From the NCBI RefSeq assembly GCF_013177435.1, contig NZ_CP053627.1, positions 1,380,001 through 1,412,000 of the forward strand: a DNA stretch of 32,000 bases. Reading direction: 5' to 3'. Origin of the DNA: Xylella taiwanensis. Lineage in GTDB: Bacteria; Pseudomonadota; Gammaproteobacteria; Xanthomonadales; Xanthomonadaceae. Positions 19,593-29,289 of this stretch are shown here, in pieces. Under the pieces are notes generated by a model. The model searched no databases. It saw only the letters and a list, made by a program, of their open reading frames with translations, and was not told the DNA's origin. Position numbers and translations under genes: made by a program. The first letter of the stretch is position 1; every line of letters begins with the position of its first letter.

Positions 19593-20558
19593 CTAATCTA
19601 TTATTATCCCGAGCCGGGCACGTACTTCATTGGCGATGCGTTCGGTCTCTCGGAGAGGCTGCACGAGTGTATCAATATCGAGCAAATTATCAATGGTGCA
19701 TAGGCGTGTACCTAAGGTGTCAATGAAACGGCGTATGCGACCACGGGCATGATCGGAGAAGGCGGCAGTCACTGGAACACGGGTGGCGCAGGCTTCGGAT
19801 AGGAGGTTGACCGAATCAGCAGTGGCGATGATCGCATCCGCCCAGCCGAGGATACCTGGATAGGGGTTGGGACCTTCGTCAGCGTCGTTCCAAAACAGCC
19901 CTGGTATTGCGGCCAGGCGTGTGCGTAGTTGAGCTGCGAGTACTGGTGATGTGCGTCGTGAGGTGGTGGCCAGCAAACTGCCACGGTGGGACAATCGCCT
20001 CAGCAGAGTAGTGCATAACGCCTCCAATTTAGCTGGCTGCCAAGGTGCTTGGGTTGTTGGTGCCCCGACCAACAGCGCCACGCGCTGACCAGGCAAGTCC
20101 CCCAATTTCGGAAACTGGGCACGCCCCATTGCCAGCCAAACATCGTTCACTGGATGCAGACTACCAATTAGAGTCAGCACGTTATGGCCACGTATGTGAT
20201 CGTGCTCAGGAACCACGAGCAGGTCCCAGTAACGTGCTGGTAGGCGCGGGTCCAGAATTTGAACGACGCCAGTGCTTTGCTTGCGCAGCAGGCGTGTGGC
20301 CAATGCGGCTTGGCGTCCGCAACCGATGGCCAGAAATGGGGGATGTCTTAATGCATGTAAGAATTCAGAGCCAAACGCGTGCTTGGCACCAAGCAGACAG
20401 TATGGTGCCGTCCAGCACCACGGTATACGCGGCTTGAGCAATTGAGTTGTGTAAGGGCTACCCACTAGGGTGTTGGCCAGTGCTTCTGCTTGACGTGCAT
20501 TACCGGTGCGACCGTCGCTAATGGCCAAAACCCTGTCTGATTCTTTTACATACGACAT
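19593..20558 (-). CDS. ELM1/DUF1022 (mitochondrial fission ELM1) family protein, predicted GT-B-like
   Basis: The ORF is 321 aa. Family-typical blocks include VLAISDGRTGNARQAEALA, VVPEHD, LLVGAPT and TTSRRTSP...ADSVNLLSEA. The family call is recalled, not searched. Confidence 0.7.
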   Translation of the reverse strand: MSYVKESDRVLAISDGRTGNARQAEALANTLVGSPYTTQLLKPRIPWCWTAPYCLLGAKHAFGSEFLHALRHPPFLAIGCGRQAALATRLLRKQSTGVVQILDPRLPARYWDLLVVPEHDHIRGHNVLTLIGSLHPVNDVWLAMGRAQFPKLGDLPGQRVALLVGAPTTQAPWQPAKLEALCTTLLRRLSHRGSLLATTSRRTSPVLAAQLRTRLAAIPGLFWNDADEGPNPYPGILGWADAIIATADSVNLLSEACATRVPVTAAFSDHARGRIRRFIDTLGTRLCTIDNLLDIDTLVQPLRETERIANEVRARLGIIID

Positions 20559-20672
20559 TGGCGTGTTGCGAAAATAGACGCGTATTGCACGAATCGCATC
20601 ACTTTATACTCTCCACCCTTACAGTTTTACCCACGATGATTTTCTTTCGAGTCTTCAATTTAAGGGATTGCT

Positions 20673-21263
20673 ATGTCCGATGTACTCAACGATGCCGCGC
20701 TGAACCAGCTATTACGTACTGCACGCACATATAACTCATTTCTCGACAAGCCGGTGGACGAGCTCCTGCTACGCAAGCTTTATGAGTTGACGAAATGGGG
20801 GCCAACTTCAACCAACAGTGGGCCAGCACGTTTCGTGTTCGTCACCTCGGTGGAGGGCAAGGCCAAACTCAAACCGGCCCTCGCAGAGGGTAATCTGGCC
20901 AAGACTCTATCCGCACCGGTGACAGTCATCGTTGCCCATGATCAGGATTTCCATGAGAAGCTACCCTATCTGTTCCCGCATATCGATGCCAAAAGCCGGT
21001 TTGACGGCCCGCGTGAAATTCGTGCCGAAGCTGCATTCCGCAACGGCACTCTACAGGGTGCTTATATGATTTTAGCCGCACGTGCATTGGGCCTGGATGC
21101 TGGGCCGATGTCAGGATTCGACAACACCAAAGTTGATGAAGCGTTCTTTTCTGGGACCGCGATCAAGTCCAATTTTCTGATTAATTTGGGTTATGGTGAT
21201 TCAACCAGTCTGTTTCCGCGCTTGCCACGCTTGAGTTTCGAGGAAGCTGCACACATTGTCTGA
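20673..21263 (+). CDS. Nitroreductase-family protein, RutE-like malonic semialdehyde reductase
   Basis: The ORF is 196 aa. It contains [25 protein letters not shown] and [11 protein letters not shown]. An AAGGGA RBS is present. Confidence 0.85.
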
Positions 21264-21325
21264 ATTAGTTGATCTAGTTGTGCTTTCAGGCACTATCTCA
21301 ATTTACATTTTAAGGAGTCGATTTT

Positions 21326-22039
21326 ATGAACACCACTCAAAAACTGCTGCTGCCTTTCGCGTTGACTCTGTACATTACTGCGTGCTCCAAGCCCGCCAAG
21401 CAGCCGGAAGTTCCCTCTGTCCCGGGAGCAAACGAAGCTACTCCTGCTTCCCCGGTAATCCAGCCTCCAAGTACGACTGAACAGATCAAGCCGATTGAGG
21501 CTCAGTCTGGTACTTATAAGCTGGATCCAAGCCACACTGATGTATTGCTACAGTGGAATCACTTTGGATTCTCGAATCCGAGCGCACACTTTGGTAATGC
21601 CGAAGGTATCTTGGTCTACGACGCTACCGATGTGACTAAGTCGACGGTGCAAGTCACCCTACCGCTTTCCGGTCTGAACAGCTTTACCACTAAGTTAGAT
21701 GAACACTTGAAGAGCGCCGATTTTTTTGATGCGGCCAAGTTTCCAAGCATCACCTTCAAGAGCACCAAGGTCGCGTCCAGCGGCACGAACAAACTGACTG
21801 TCACTGGTGATCTAACGGTTAAAGGCATTACCAAACCCGTCACTTTGGATGTAACGATCAATGGTGCTGGTGAACATCCGATGACAAAGAAGCAAGCGAT
21901 TGGTTTCGATGCTAACACCACGCTTAAGCGTAGCGAGTTTGCTCTGAGTGCTTATGTTCCTAATGTCAGCGACGAAATCAAAGTGCGCATCACGGCAGAG
22001 GCACAACTGGAAGGCGCTGTTGCTGCACCCCATCAGTAA
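21326..22039 (+). CDS. YceI-family (polyisoprenoid-binding) lipoprotein
   Basis: The ORF is 237 aa. It has a lipobox (LYITAC), a Pro/Ser-rich linker, and a YceI core (YKLDPSHTDV..WNHFGFSNPSAHF.., LTVTGDLTVKGITKPVTLDV). An AAGGAG RBS lies 8 nt upstream. Confidence 0.85.
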   Translation: MNTTQKLLLPFALTLYITACSKPAKQPEVPSVPGANEATPASPVIQPPSTTEQIKPIEAQSGTYKLDPSHTDVLLQWNHFGFSNPSAHFGNAEGILVYDATDVTKSTVQVTLPLSGLNSFTTKLDEHLKSADFFDAAKFPSITFKSTKVASSGTNKLTVTGDLTVKGITKPVTLDVTINGAGEHPMTKKQAIGFDANTTLKRSEFALSAYVPNVSDEIKVRITAEAQLEGAVAAPHQ

Positions 22040-22209
22040 TCAAGGTATTGCAGACGCATCACACTCTAGACACACATGCCTACAATTTTTTGGCCTGTGT
22101 GGGCCCTGAACGATGTAGATGTATATGGGTTTCTCATTGACCCTGTGCCTTAGCATCATCCATCAAGTGCAGCACACCAGTCTAAAGAAGGGGTAGAAAC
22201 TCCAGTCAC

Positions 22210-22250
22210 ATTGGCGCCTTCCGGTCTAGGAAACCCGGTCAGGCGCCAAT
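22210..22250. terminator. Long GC-rich hairpin between the convergent yceI-like and uppP genes
   Basis: ATTGGCGCCT..(21 nt containing CCGG/CCGG)..AGGCGCCAAT forms a 10-bp perfect outer stem. No U-tract follows, so it is at best a possible bidirectional terminator. Confidence 0.35.
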
Positions 22251-22307
22251 CAATGAAGTTAATGCGCCAGTACGCTGCGGCTGATAAGTATTAGCATCAG
22301 GTTTGTT

Positions 22308-23093
22308 TTAGGGTAACCAAGTCAGCAGGACCAGTCCCAATGTGATCCGGTAGTAAGCGAACGGCGCAAACGAATGAGCTTTGATATAGCCAAGTAACCA
22401 GTTCACTACGGCGAAGCCTGTGACCATCGCTGCCACAAACGCCACGCTTACTTCCAACCAGTTTTCGTGGCGTATCTCACCGCGTTTGAATAATTCCAGG
22501 AATGTATAGCTGCTGGCTGCAAACATCGTCGGAATACCAACTAAAAAAGAGAACTCCGCTGCTGCTGAACGTTTACTTAGACCTAGCAACATTGCCAAGA
22601 AGATGGTCGAAGCCGAGCGAGATGTTCCGGGGAACATACCAGCCACTACTTGTGCCAAACCAACTGCGATTGCTACTGTCCAGGTGACGCTCTCGCGCTC
22701 TGGTAAGTGTTTGGCCACATACTCGGCTATCAGAATCCATATACCGCCAATAATCAGTGCCCAGGCGACCGGCTGTATCGTCTCCGGTAGCTGCCAGCCG
22801 GCCTTGCGCACAGCCAAGCCAACCACTGCAGTAACCAGGAAAGCAGCAACAAGTTTCATCACATAATCACGGTTGGTGTACTTGCCCAAGCCGGTGGCAA
22901 GTGACCACAATCTTTTTCGGAACACCAAGGTAATAGCCAGAATCGAGCCGGTCTGAATCACGATGTTGAAGAAATCCGAGCGGGAACCGAGCCAATGTTC
23001 TGCAATCAGCAGGTGGCCTGTACTGGAGACAGGTAGAAATTCGGTGAGCCCTTCGAGAATGCCCAGCATAAGGGCAGCAAGCAGTTCGAACAT
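22308..23093 (-). CDS. uppP: Undecaprenyl-diphosphate phosphatase
   Basis: The track ORF runs to 23294. Homologues start at MFELLAALMLGILEGLTEFLPVSSTGHLLI, which is the ATG at 23093. The product is a multi-TM protein of about 261 aa. Confidence 0.9.
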   Translation of the reverse strand: MFELLAALMLGILEGLTEFLPVSSTGHLLIAEHWLGSRSDFFNIVIQTGSILAITLVFRKRLWSLATGLGKYTNRDYVMKLVAAFLVTAVVGLAVRKAGWQLPETIQPVAWALIIGGIWILIAEYVAKHLPERESVTWTVAIAVGLAQVVAGMFPGTSRSASTIFLAMLLGLSKRSAAAEFSFLVGIPTMFAASSYTFLELFKRGEIRHENWLEVSVAFVAAMVTGFAVVNWLLGYIKAHSFAPFAYYRITLGLVLLTWLP

Positions 23094-23223
23094 GGGGGGA
23101 ATGGTTGAGAGCCAAATGGAGAGATAGCATAATCGATGCATGAATGATCCATGTTGGTGGGATTTATTTTTTGGCTTTGCACTATGCTTATCCGAGAAAA
23201 ACCAATGGATTGCAAGGCTGAAC

Positions 23224-23243
23224 GCACTTGGTATACCAAGTGC
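23224..23243 (+). promoter_or_regulatory. 20-bp perfect palindrome GCACTTGGTATACCAAGTGC containing a sigma54-like -24/-12 element (TGGTAT-N5-GTGCT), 45 nt upstream of the glnA ATG
   Basis: The palindrome was read directly from the sequence. The GG and GC dinucleotides are separated by exactly 10 nt, as in the TGGCAC-N5-TTGCW consensus. Two other TGG..GC candidates nearby have the wrong spacing. Confidence 0.4.
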
Positions 23244-23287
23244 TTTATATATTTCGACTGCTACCCCAATCCTAGAGGTTGCCTCTG

Positions 23288-24697
23288 ATGTCAATGGAAA
23301 ATGTTGAAAAGCTTGTCAAGGACAAAAAGATCGAATTCGTCGACTTGCGTTTTGTCGATATGCGCGGCGTGCAACAGCACGTCACCTTCCCGGTCAGCAT
23401 CATCGAACCATCGCTGTTCGAGGATGGAAAGATGTTCGATGGCAGTTCGATTGCCGGTTGGAAGGGCATCAATGAGTCGGACATGGTGCTGTTACCTGAT
23501 ACCAACACTGCTTACCTGGATCCTTTTTACGCGGATCCAACTCTGGTCATGACGTGCGACATCCTCGATCCAGCGACGATGCAGAGTTATGTGCGTGACC
23601 CCCGTGGCATCGCTAAGCGTGCTGAAATTTACTTAAACTCTTCGGGTATTGCCGATCAAGCATTTTTCGGTCCGGAACCTGAATTTTTTATCTTCGATTC
23701 AGTACGTTTCGCTAATGACATGGGCCACACTTTCTTCCAAATCGGTTCGGAAGAGGCCGCCTGGAGCACCGGCGCTAAGCTTGAGGGGGGAAACGGTGGT
23801 TACCGTCCGGGTGTAAAGGGGGGATACTTCCCAGTCCCACCAACTGACTCACTACACGACTTGCGTACCGAGATGGTGAAGACTCTGGAGCAAGTGGGTA
23901 TTGAGACTGAGGTACATCATCACGAAGTCGCCACGGCTGGGCAGTGCGAGATCGGCACTAAGTTCAACTCCTTGGTCAAAAAGGCCGATGAGCTGCTGAC
24001 TATGAAGTACATCATTAAAAACGTTGCTTACCGCAACGGAAAGACTGCCACCTTCATGCCGAAACCGATCGTTGGTGACAACGGTTCTGGCATGCATGTG
24101 CATCAGTCGCTGTCTAAAGGAGGGGTCAACCTCTTCTCAGGTGACGGCTATGCTGGCCTGTCGCAACTGGCGATGTGGTATATCGGCGGTATTTTCAAGC
24201 ACGCTCAAGCGATCAACGCGTTTTCCAATTCGGGCACAAATAGCTACAAGCGTTTGGTCCCTGGCTTTGAGGCACCGGTGATGCTGGCTTATTCGGCACG
24301 CAACCGTTCAGCCTCGTGCCGTATTCCGTGGGTTTCCAACTCAAAGGCACGTCGCATTGAAATGCGTTTCCCCGATCCATTGCAGTCTGGCTATCTGACT
24401 TTCACTGTGCTGATGATGGCTGGCCTGGATGGGATTAAAAACAAAATTGATCCAGGGTTGCCGAATGACAAAGATCTGTACGACCTGCCACCTGAAGAGG
24501 AAAAGTTAATCCCACAGGTCTGTTCCAGTTTGGATCAGGCTCTTGAAGCACTGGATAAAGATCGCGAGTTCCTGAAGGCAGGTGGTGTGATGAGTGACGA
24601 TTTCATCGACGGTTATCTTGCCCTGAAGATGCAGGAAGTCACTCAATTCCGTGCGGCCACTCATCCGCTGGAATACCAGCTGTACTACGCTAACTAG
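23288..24697 (+). CDS. glnA: Glutamine synthetase type I
   Basis: The track start at 23279 is a TTG. The ATG at 23288 (MSMENVEKL..) has an AGAGG RBS. Motifs present are [22 protein letters not shown], and the adenylylation-site context [10 protein letters not shown]. Confidence 0.95.
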
Positions 24698-24711
24698 GCA
24701 ATTCCAGTGGC

Positions 24712-24751
24712 AGCGATGGTGGGTACTTCCTTTCCACCATCGCTATTTTCC
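24712..24751 (+). terminator. Rho-independent terminator after glnA
   Basis: AGCGATGGTGG-(11 nt)-CCACCATCGCT forms an 11-bp perfect stem followed by ATTTTCC. It begins 15 nt after the glnA stop. Confidence 0.7.
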
Positions 24752-24866
24752 ATTTCACCAATGGCAGGGGAGGATCAGGTGTCAAGCGCTCATTGCTTAA
24801 GTGGGCATCCTGGAGGACTCCCTCTCCACCTTGGTTATGGACTTGAACTGTTAAAGATATCTCTGA

Positions 24867-25316
<450 letters not shown>

Positions 25317-25335
25317 CTCTTGGAGTCATGCTCAT

Positions 25336-26784
25336 ATGAAGAATGGTCTTTTCACTATGTGGAAGAACCGATTTTATACGACCTGTATATTGATGGCGTT
25401 CACCCTGTTAGTAGGGGTCAACTCCATCGATAATCTGCAAGCCCAGGTACAAACCAATCCTCTGCCGAGCGAGCAAGTCACCACCGAATTGCTGACACCT
25501 CAAGTAGCGTCCGCCGAGGCGGTAGCGACCTCCAAAACCACTCCCATCCCTGTGGTAGACAAGGGTGATGTTGCATGGATGCTCACCTCCACGCTATTGG
25601 TGCTACTGATGGCGGTACCAGGCTTGGCACTGTTTTACGGCGGTATGTTGCGCTCTAAAAACGTGCTATCGATGATGATACAAATTGGCGTGGTGTTCTC
25701 TCTGATAGCAATTTTGTGGGTGCTATACGGCTATAGTCTTGCTTTTGCCGATGGTGACATGTTTATCGGCACATTGAACAAGGCATTGCTCCATGACGTG
25801 GACACCGCCACGTTGGCCGACACTTTCTCTAAAAGTTTCAAATTGCCTGAGTATGTATTTATTGCTTTTCAGTTGACTTTTGCTGGTATCACCGGTGCAT
25901 TGATCATCGGTGCTTTTGCCGAACGTGTGAAGTTCGCTGCGGTGCTGTTGTTCATCGTCATCTGGTTCACCTTTGGCTATCTACCACTAGCGCACATGGT
26001 GTGGTCGGCACCAGGTTTTCTGTTTAACAAGGGGGCCTTGGATTTTGCAGGTGGCACCGTGGTGCATATCAATGCTGGCATCGCCGGATTGGTCGGTGCT
26101 TATTTTGTTGGCAAACGTATTGGTTTCGGTCAGATTGCAGTCAAGCCGCATAACGTCCCAATGACTTTCACTGGTGCTGCACTGTTATGGGTCGGTTGGT
26201 TCGGCTTCAACGCCGGTTCAGCGTTAGAAGCCAATACCATTGCTGCGTTGGCTTTCCTCAACACCATGCTTGCTACTGCGGCGGCGGTACTGGTTTGGTC
26301 GCTGCTCGAAAAGATGATTAAAGGCAAATCCTCGGCGCTTGGCGTTGCGTCAGGTATGGTTGCTGGTCTAGTTGGCGTCACCCCTGCGGCTGGTACCGTT
26401 GGCCCGTTTGGTGCAATCACAATCGGCGCTGTTGCTGCTGTGTTTTGCGTCTGGGGTGTGATTGGATTGAAAAAACTATTGAACGTAGACGATACCTTGG
26501 ACGTATTCAGTGTGCATGGCATTGGTGGCATTGTCGGTGCGATCCTGACTGGAGTCTTTACCGATAAAGCGCTAGGTGGCCAGGGATACTCCGAGGGGAT
26601 GACGATGAGCAATCAAGTCATGATTCAAGCCATGGGCGTGGGGATCAGTATCGTGTGGATTGGCATCGTTTCGTTTGTTGGTTTCCTAATCGTCAAGCTG
26701 GTGTTTGGCTTGCGTGTGCCCGAAGAAGCTGAGCGCGAAGGACTTGACATTACATCGCATGGCGAGTCAGCGTATGACTCCTGA
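25336..26784 (+). CDS. amtB: Ammonium transporter AmtB
   Basis: The ATG at 25336 has a GGAG RBS and lies 19 nt after the glnB stop. A signal/leader region precedes the Amt core (DFAGGTVVHINAG, WFGFNAGS, twin-His VHGIGGIVG). The track ORF start at 25198 overlaps glnB and is rejected. Confidence 0.9.
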   Translation: MKNGLFTMWKNRFYTTCILMAFTLLVGVNSIDNLQAQVQTNPLPSEQVTTELLTPQVASAEAVATSKTTPIPVVDKGDVAWMLTSTLLVLLMAVPGLALFYGGMLRSKNVLSMMIQIGVVFSLIAILWVLYGYSLAFADGDMFIGTLNKALLHDVDTATLADTFSKSFKLPEYVFIAFQLTFAGITGALIIGAFAERVKFAAVLLFIVIWFTFGYLPLAHMVWSAPGFLFNKGALDFAGGTVVHINAGIAGLVGAYFVGKRIGFGQIAVKPHNVPMTFTGAALLWVGWFGFNAGSALEANTIAALAFLNTMLATAAAVLVWSLLEKMIKGKSSALGVASGMVAGLVGVTPAAGTVGPFGAITIGAVAAVFCVWGVIGLKKLLNVDDTLDVFSVHGIGGIVGAILTGVFTDKALGGQGYSEGMTMSNQVMIQAMGVGISIVWIGIVSFVGFLIVKLVFGLRVPEEAEREGLDITSHGESAYDS

Positions 26785-27029
26785 GCGTGGTTCAGTTCAT
26801 AGACCCGATATACCAGACTTGCCTTGATGTGGAATTGAATTGCCGTGGTGCGGCTGCCCGCGCACCACTAAGTCCATGGGGTGGAGGGCGCATCCAAGGT
26901 GTCAAGACGGCCTTCACATGCTGGCTTGGAGTCAGTGCAAGACGTCTAATAACAGCAAACACTGAAAGCACTGGAACAGCAGGGAGATGAACACAATGTA
27001 CGGCGTTGCACGTGCAGACTAGCTTGTTC

Positions 27030-27491
27030 TGTGTGCTGGCCGAAAATGAATTCTTCCGGATTACGGCTATTCATCAAGACCTTGAGACATTAGGTCGAGC
27101 AGGGGTGTTTTCGTTCCGACCTGTTGCACCGTTTAGACGTGGTGCGCTTGCAACTACCATCGTTAGGTGAACAGCGTGATGACGTGGCACAGCGGGCCAA
27201 GAATTTTCTGGGGATGACTGGACACAACCTAGACATCTCAGCTAATGACATTGAGGCTGTGTTGACACATGGCAAGTGTAGGCATTGTGATGCTGAAAGC
27301 GATTGAGTTTCAGACGCAACGGTGTGTATGCCGAGACGGGCAAGCGCTTAGATCGAAAGCTGCCGGATGTAGCATTGCGTTTGACGCATGGTCGGTGCGC
27401 CGAAGCTGCTGCGCGTTTGGGCCTGGGCCGTAACACGCTGACCCGCAAATTTGGCCAAACCTACTCCCCCTCGACCCACTGTACCGATTGA
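27030..27491 (+). pseudogene. ntrC: Fragment of a sigma54-dependent response regulator (ntrC-like): remnant of the AAA+ C-terminal part plus the Fis-type HTH
   Basis: The fragment spans three frames:
- VLAENEFFRI/TAIHQDLETLGRAGVF
- LHRLDVVRLQLPSLGEQRDDVAQRAKNFL...THGKCRHCDAES (degenerate GNVRELEN)
- ALRLTHGRCAEAAARLGLGRNTLTRKF (HTH)

The receiver domain, Walker A/B and GAFTGA are absent. A very weak receiver-like trace (CLDVELNCRG) may lie near 26820. Confidence 0.65.
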
Positions 27492-27848
27492 GAAACAGAT
27501 CTAAAGCACCTCTACACCAGTCGTCCTCATCAACTTCTTTACCGTCGCTGAAGCCGACATACCTTACGCTCATGGTCGTTTGGGAGTAAGGATACTAACT
27601 GGATGAAGTGCCAGTCATACTTCATCTCTACCCAGTTGCATCGCGCGATTGGTGGTAGTTGCATGTTGATGAACTACACCGTGTGAGACACGATTGAACA
27701 TTTCCGAGCTGCGTTCACTCATTCCAATTTCATCAGTGCCTTAGACGCTTATCTCTCTAGCGCCACTGCGACGCCGCATGTGTTCAGTAAAGTCGCAGTA
27801 CCCAACCTATGCACCTCCTAATTCGGTAGACCAGAAAGGATCAACACT

Positions 27849-28313
27849 ATGTTAAAGCACGTTCACTTCATCGCGGGACTCCTTGCTCCGCTCTGCATGG
27901 CGACGTTCTTCATGTCCACCATCCTCGTCGAGTTGTTCGGCTCACACGTATCAGTGGCACAGCTTAAATCGCTCATCGTCACGCCAGGATTGTGGATTCT
28001 TATTCCAGCTATGGCTGCTACTGGAGGCAGCGGCATGTTCCTGTCCAAGTCACGGCACGGACGACTAGTCGATGCCAAGAAGAAGCGCATGCCCTTCATC
28101 GCAGCTAATGGACTGCTCGTGCTCGTGCCAAGCGCAATCTTCCTAAACCGATGGGCGAGCACAGGTACGTTCGACACGACCTTCTACGTAGTGCAGATCA
28201 TTGAACTGATCGTCGGGGCGACAAACTTAATGCTGATGGGTTTAAACGCACGCGATGGCCTACGTATGACAGGCCGCCTTCGTGTTTCGCCTCGTGCGAC
28301 ACGTAAGTCCTGA
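27849..28313 (+). CDS. Hypothetical small integral membrane protein (about 4 TM helices)
   Basis: The ORF is 154 aa with an AAAGGA RBS 9 nt upstream. It has four hydrophobic segments and a basic loop (KSRHGRLVDAKKKR). I recognise no family. Confidence 0.55.
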   Translation: MLKHVHFIAGLLAPLCMATFFMSTILVELFGSHVSVAQLKSLIVTPGLWILIPAMAATGGSGMFLSKSRHGRLVDAKKKRMPFIAANGLLVLVPSAIFLNRWASTGTFDTTFYVVQIIELIVGATNLMLMGLNARDGLRMTGRLRVSPRATRKS

Positions 28314-28419
28314 GTAGCTCCACACAGGATTGCAGGAATTTGCACATAGAAAACGATATGGGTAGGTATCCATCCAGCAACTGACTGCGCTTTTATTTTC
28401 CGTTTTCTGAGACGATCCC

Positions 28420-29289
28420 TTATAAACTTGGCGATATAGCACTCTTAAAATCGAGGCCGATATCGAGGATGGGAGCACTGTGAGTCATCCAGCCGACAGA
28501 TATCAGGTCGACACCAGACGCGGCAATTTCGATCGCTGTCTCTGGAGTAATGCGTCCAGATGCCTCGGTAATCGCCCGTCCTGCAACGATGTTAACCGCT
28601 TCTCGCAATTCGTCGGGCTGCATATTGTCCAACAAGATAGCGTCTACCCCTATTTGCATCGCTTCCTGGAGCTGCTCCAGCGTATCGACCTCAATCTCAA
28701 TCTTTACCATATGACCAGCTGCAGCCTTTGCGTGACGCAGCGCTTCGCGGACACTACCTACAATTGCGATATGGTTGTCCTTGATCAATATCGCATCGTA
28801 CAGAGCAAATCGATGGTTCATACCACCACCAGCCCTGACCGCATATTTCTCGAGTGTACGCAGTCCTGGGAGCGTCTTACGTGTGCAGGCAATCGCTGCT
28901 TTTGTTCCGGCAATTGCTGTGACGATCGACGCTGTCGCTGTTGCAATGCCAGAAAGATGGCTCAGGAAATTGAGTGCCGTACGCTCGGCAGTTAGCAATG
29001 CTCGTGAGAAACCGGTGATAGTGGCAATCACCTCGCCAGGCTCCACCCTCATACCATCCTTCACATGTCGCATCATCACGATCTCGGCATTGATTAGCTG
29101 GAATGCGAGCTCGGCTATATCTAGCCCCGCGACCACCCCCGATTGACGAGCCGCTATGACCGCTGTGGAACGGTGTTCCTCAGGGATAACCGCAGCTGAG
29201 GTAATGTCGCCTGCAAGCCCCAAATCTTCCACAAGCGCATTACGCACAATCGGTTCGATGATGATGCGTGGAAGGGAAACGAGGTTCAT
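28420..29289 (-). CDS. nadC: Nicotinate-nucleotide diphosphorylase (carboxylating), quinolinate phosphoribosyltransferase
   Basis: The ORF is 289 aa. It contains LTAERTALNFLSHLSGIAT, RKTLPGLR, KYAVRAGGG.NHR, LIKDNH and LLDNM. Its ATG overlaps the nadB stop (ATGA at 29286-29289). Confidence 0.9.
   Translation of the reverse strand: MNLVSLPRIIIEPIVRNALVEDLGLAGDITSAAVIPEEHRSTAVIAARQSGVVAGLDIAELAFQLINAEIVMMRHVKDGMRVEPGEVIATITGFSRALLTAERTALNFLSHLSGIATATASIVTAIAGTKAAIACTRKTLPGLRTLEKYAVRAGGGMNHRFALYDAILIKDNHIAIVGSVREALRHAKAAAGHMVKIEIEVDTLEQLQEAMQIGVDAILLDNMQPDELREAVNIVAGRAITEASGRITPETAIEIAASGVDLISVGWMTHSAPILDIGLDFKSAISPSL

Noticed and set aside
23170-23200. A second sigma54-like motif upstream of glnA (TGGCTTTGCACTATGCT), and a similar one upstream of glnB at about 24933-24947 (TGGCTGGTGGATGCC).
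   Set aside because: The GG-to-GC spacing is 11 nt and 9 nt respectively, not the required 10 nt. Only the palindrome at 23224-23243 has the correct spacing.
22308-23294. Extended N-termini offered by the ORF track for uppP (to 23294), glnB (from 24885), amtB (from 25198), ubiB (from 13225), the thioredoxin-like gene (to 15590) and the OleD-like gene (to 5103).
   Set aside because: The extensions have no homology to the respective families, and some overlap the preceding gene. In each case an internal ATG with an RBS coincides with the conserved family N-terminus.
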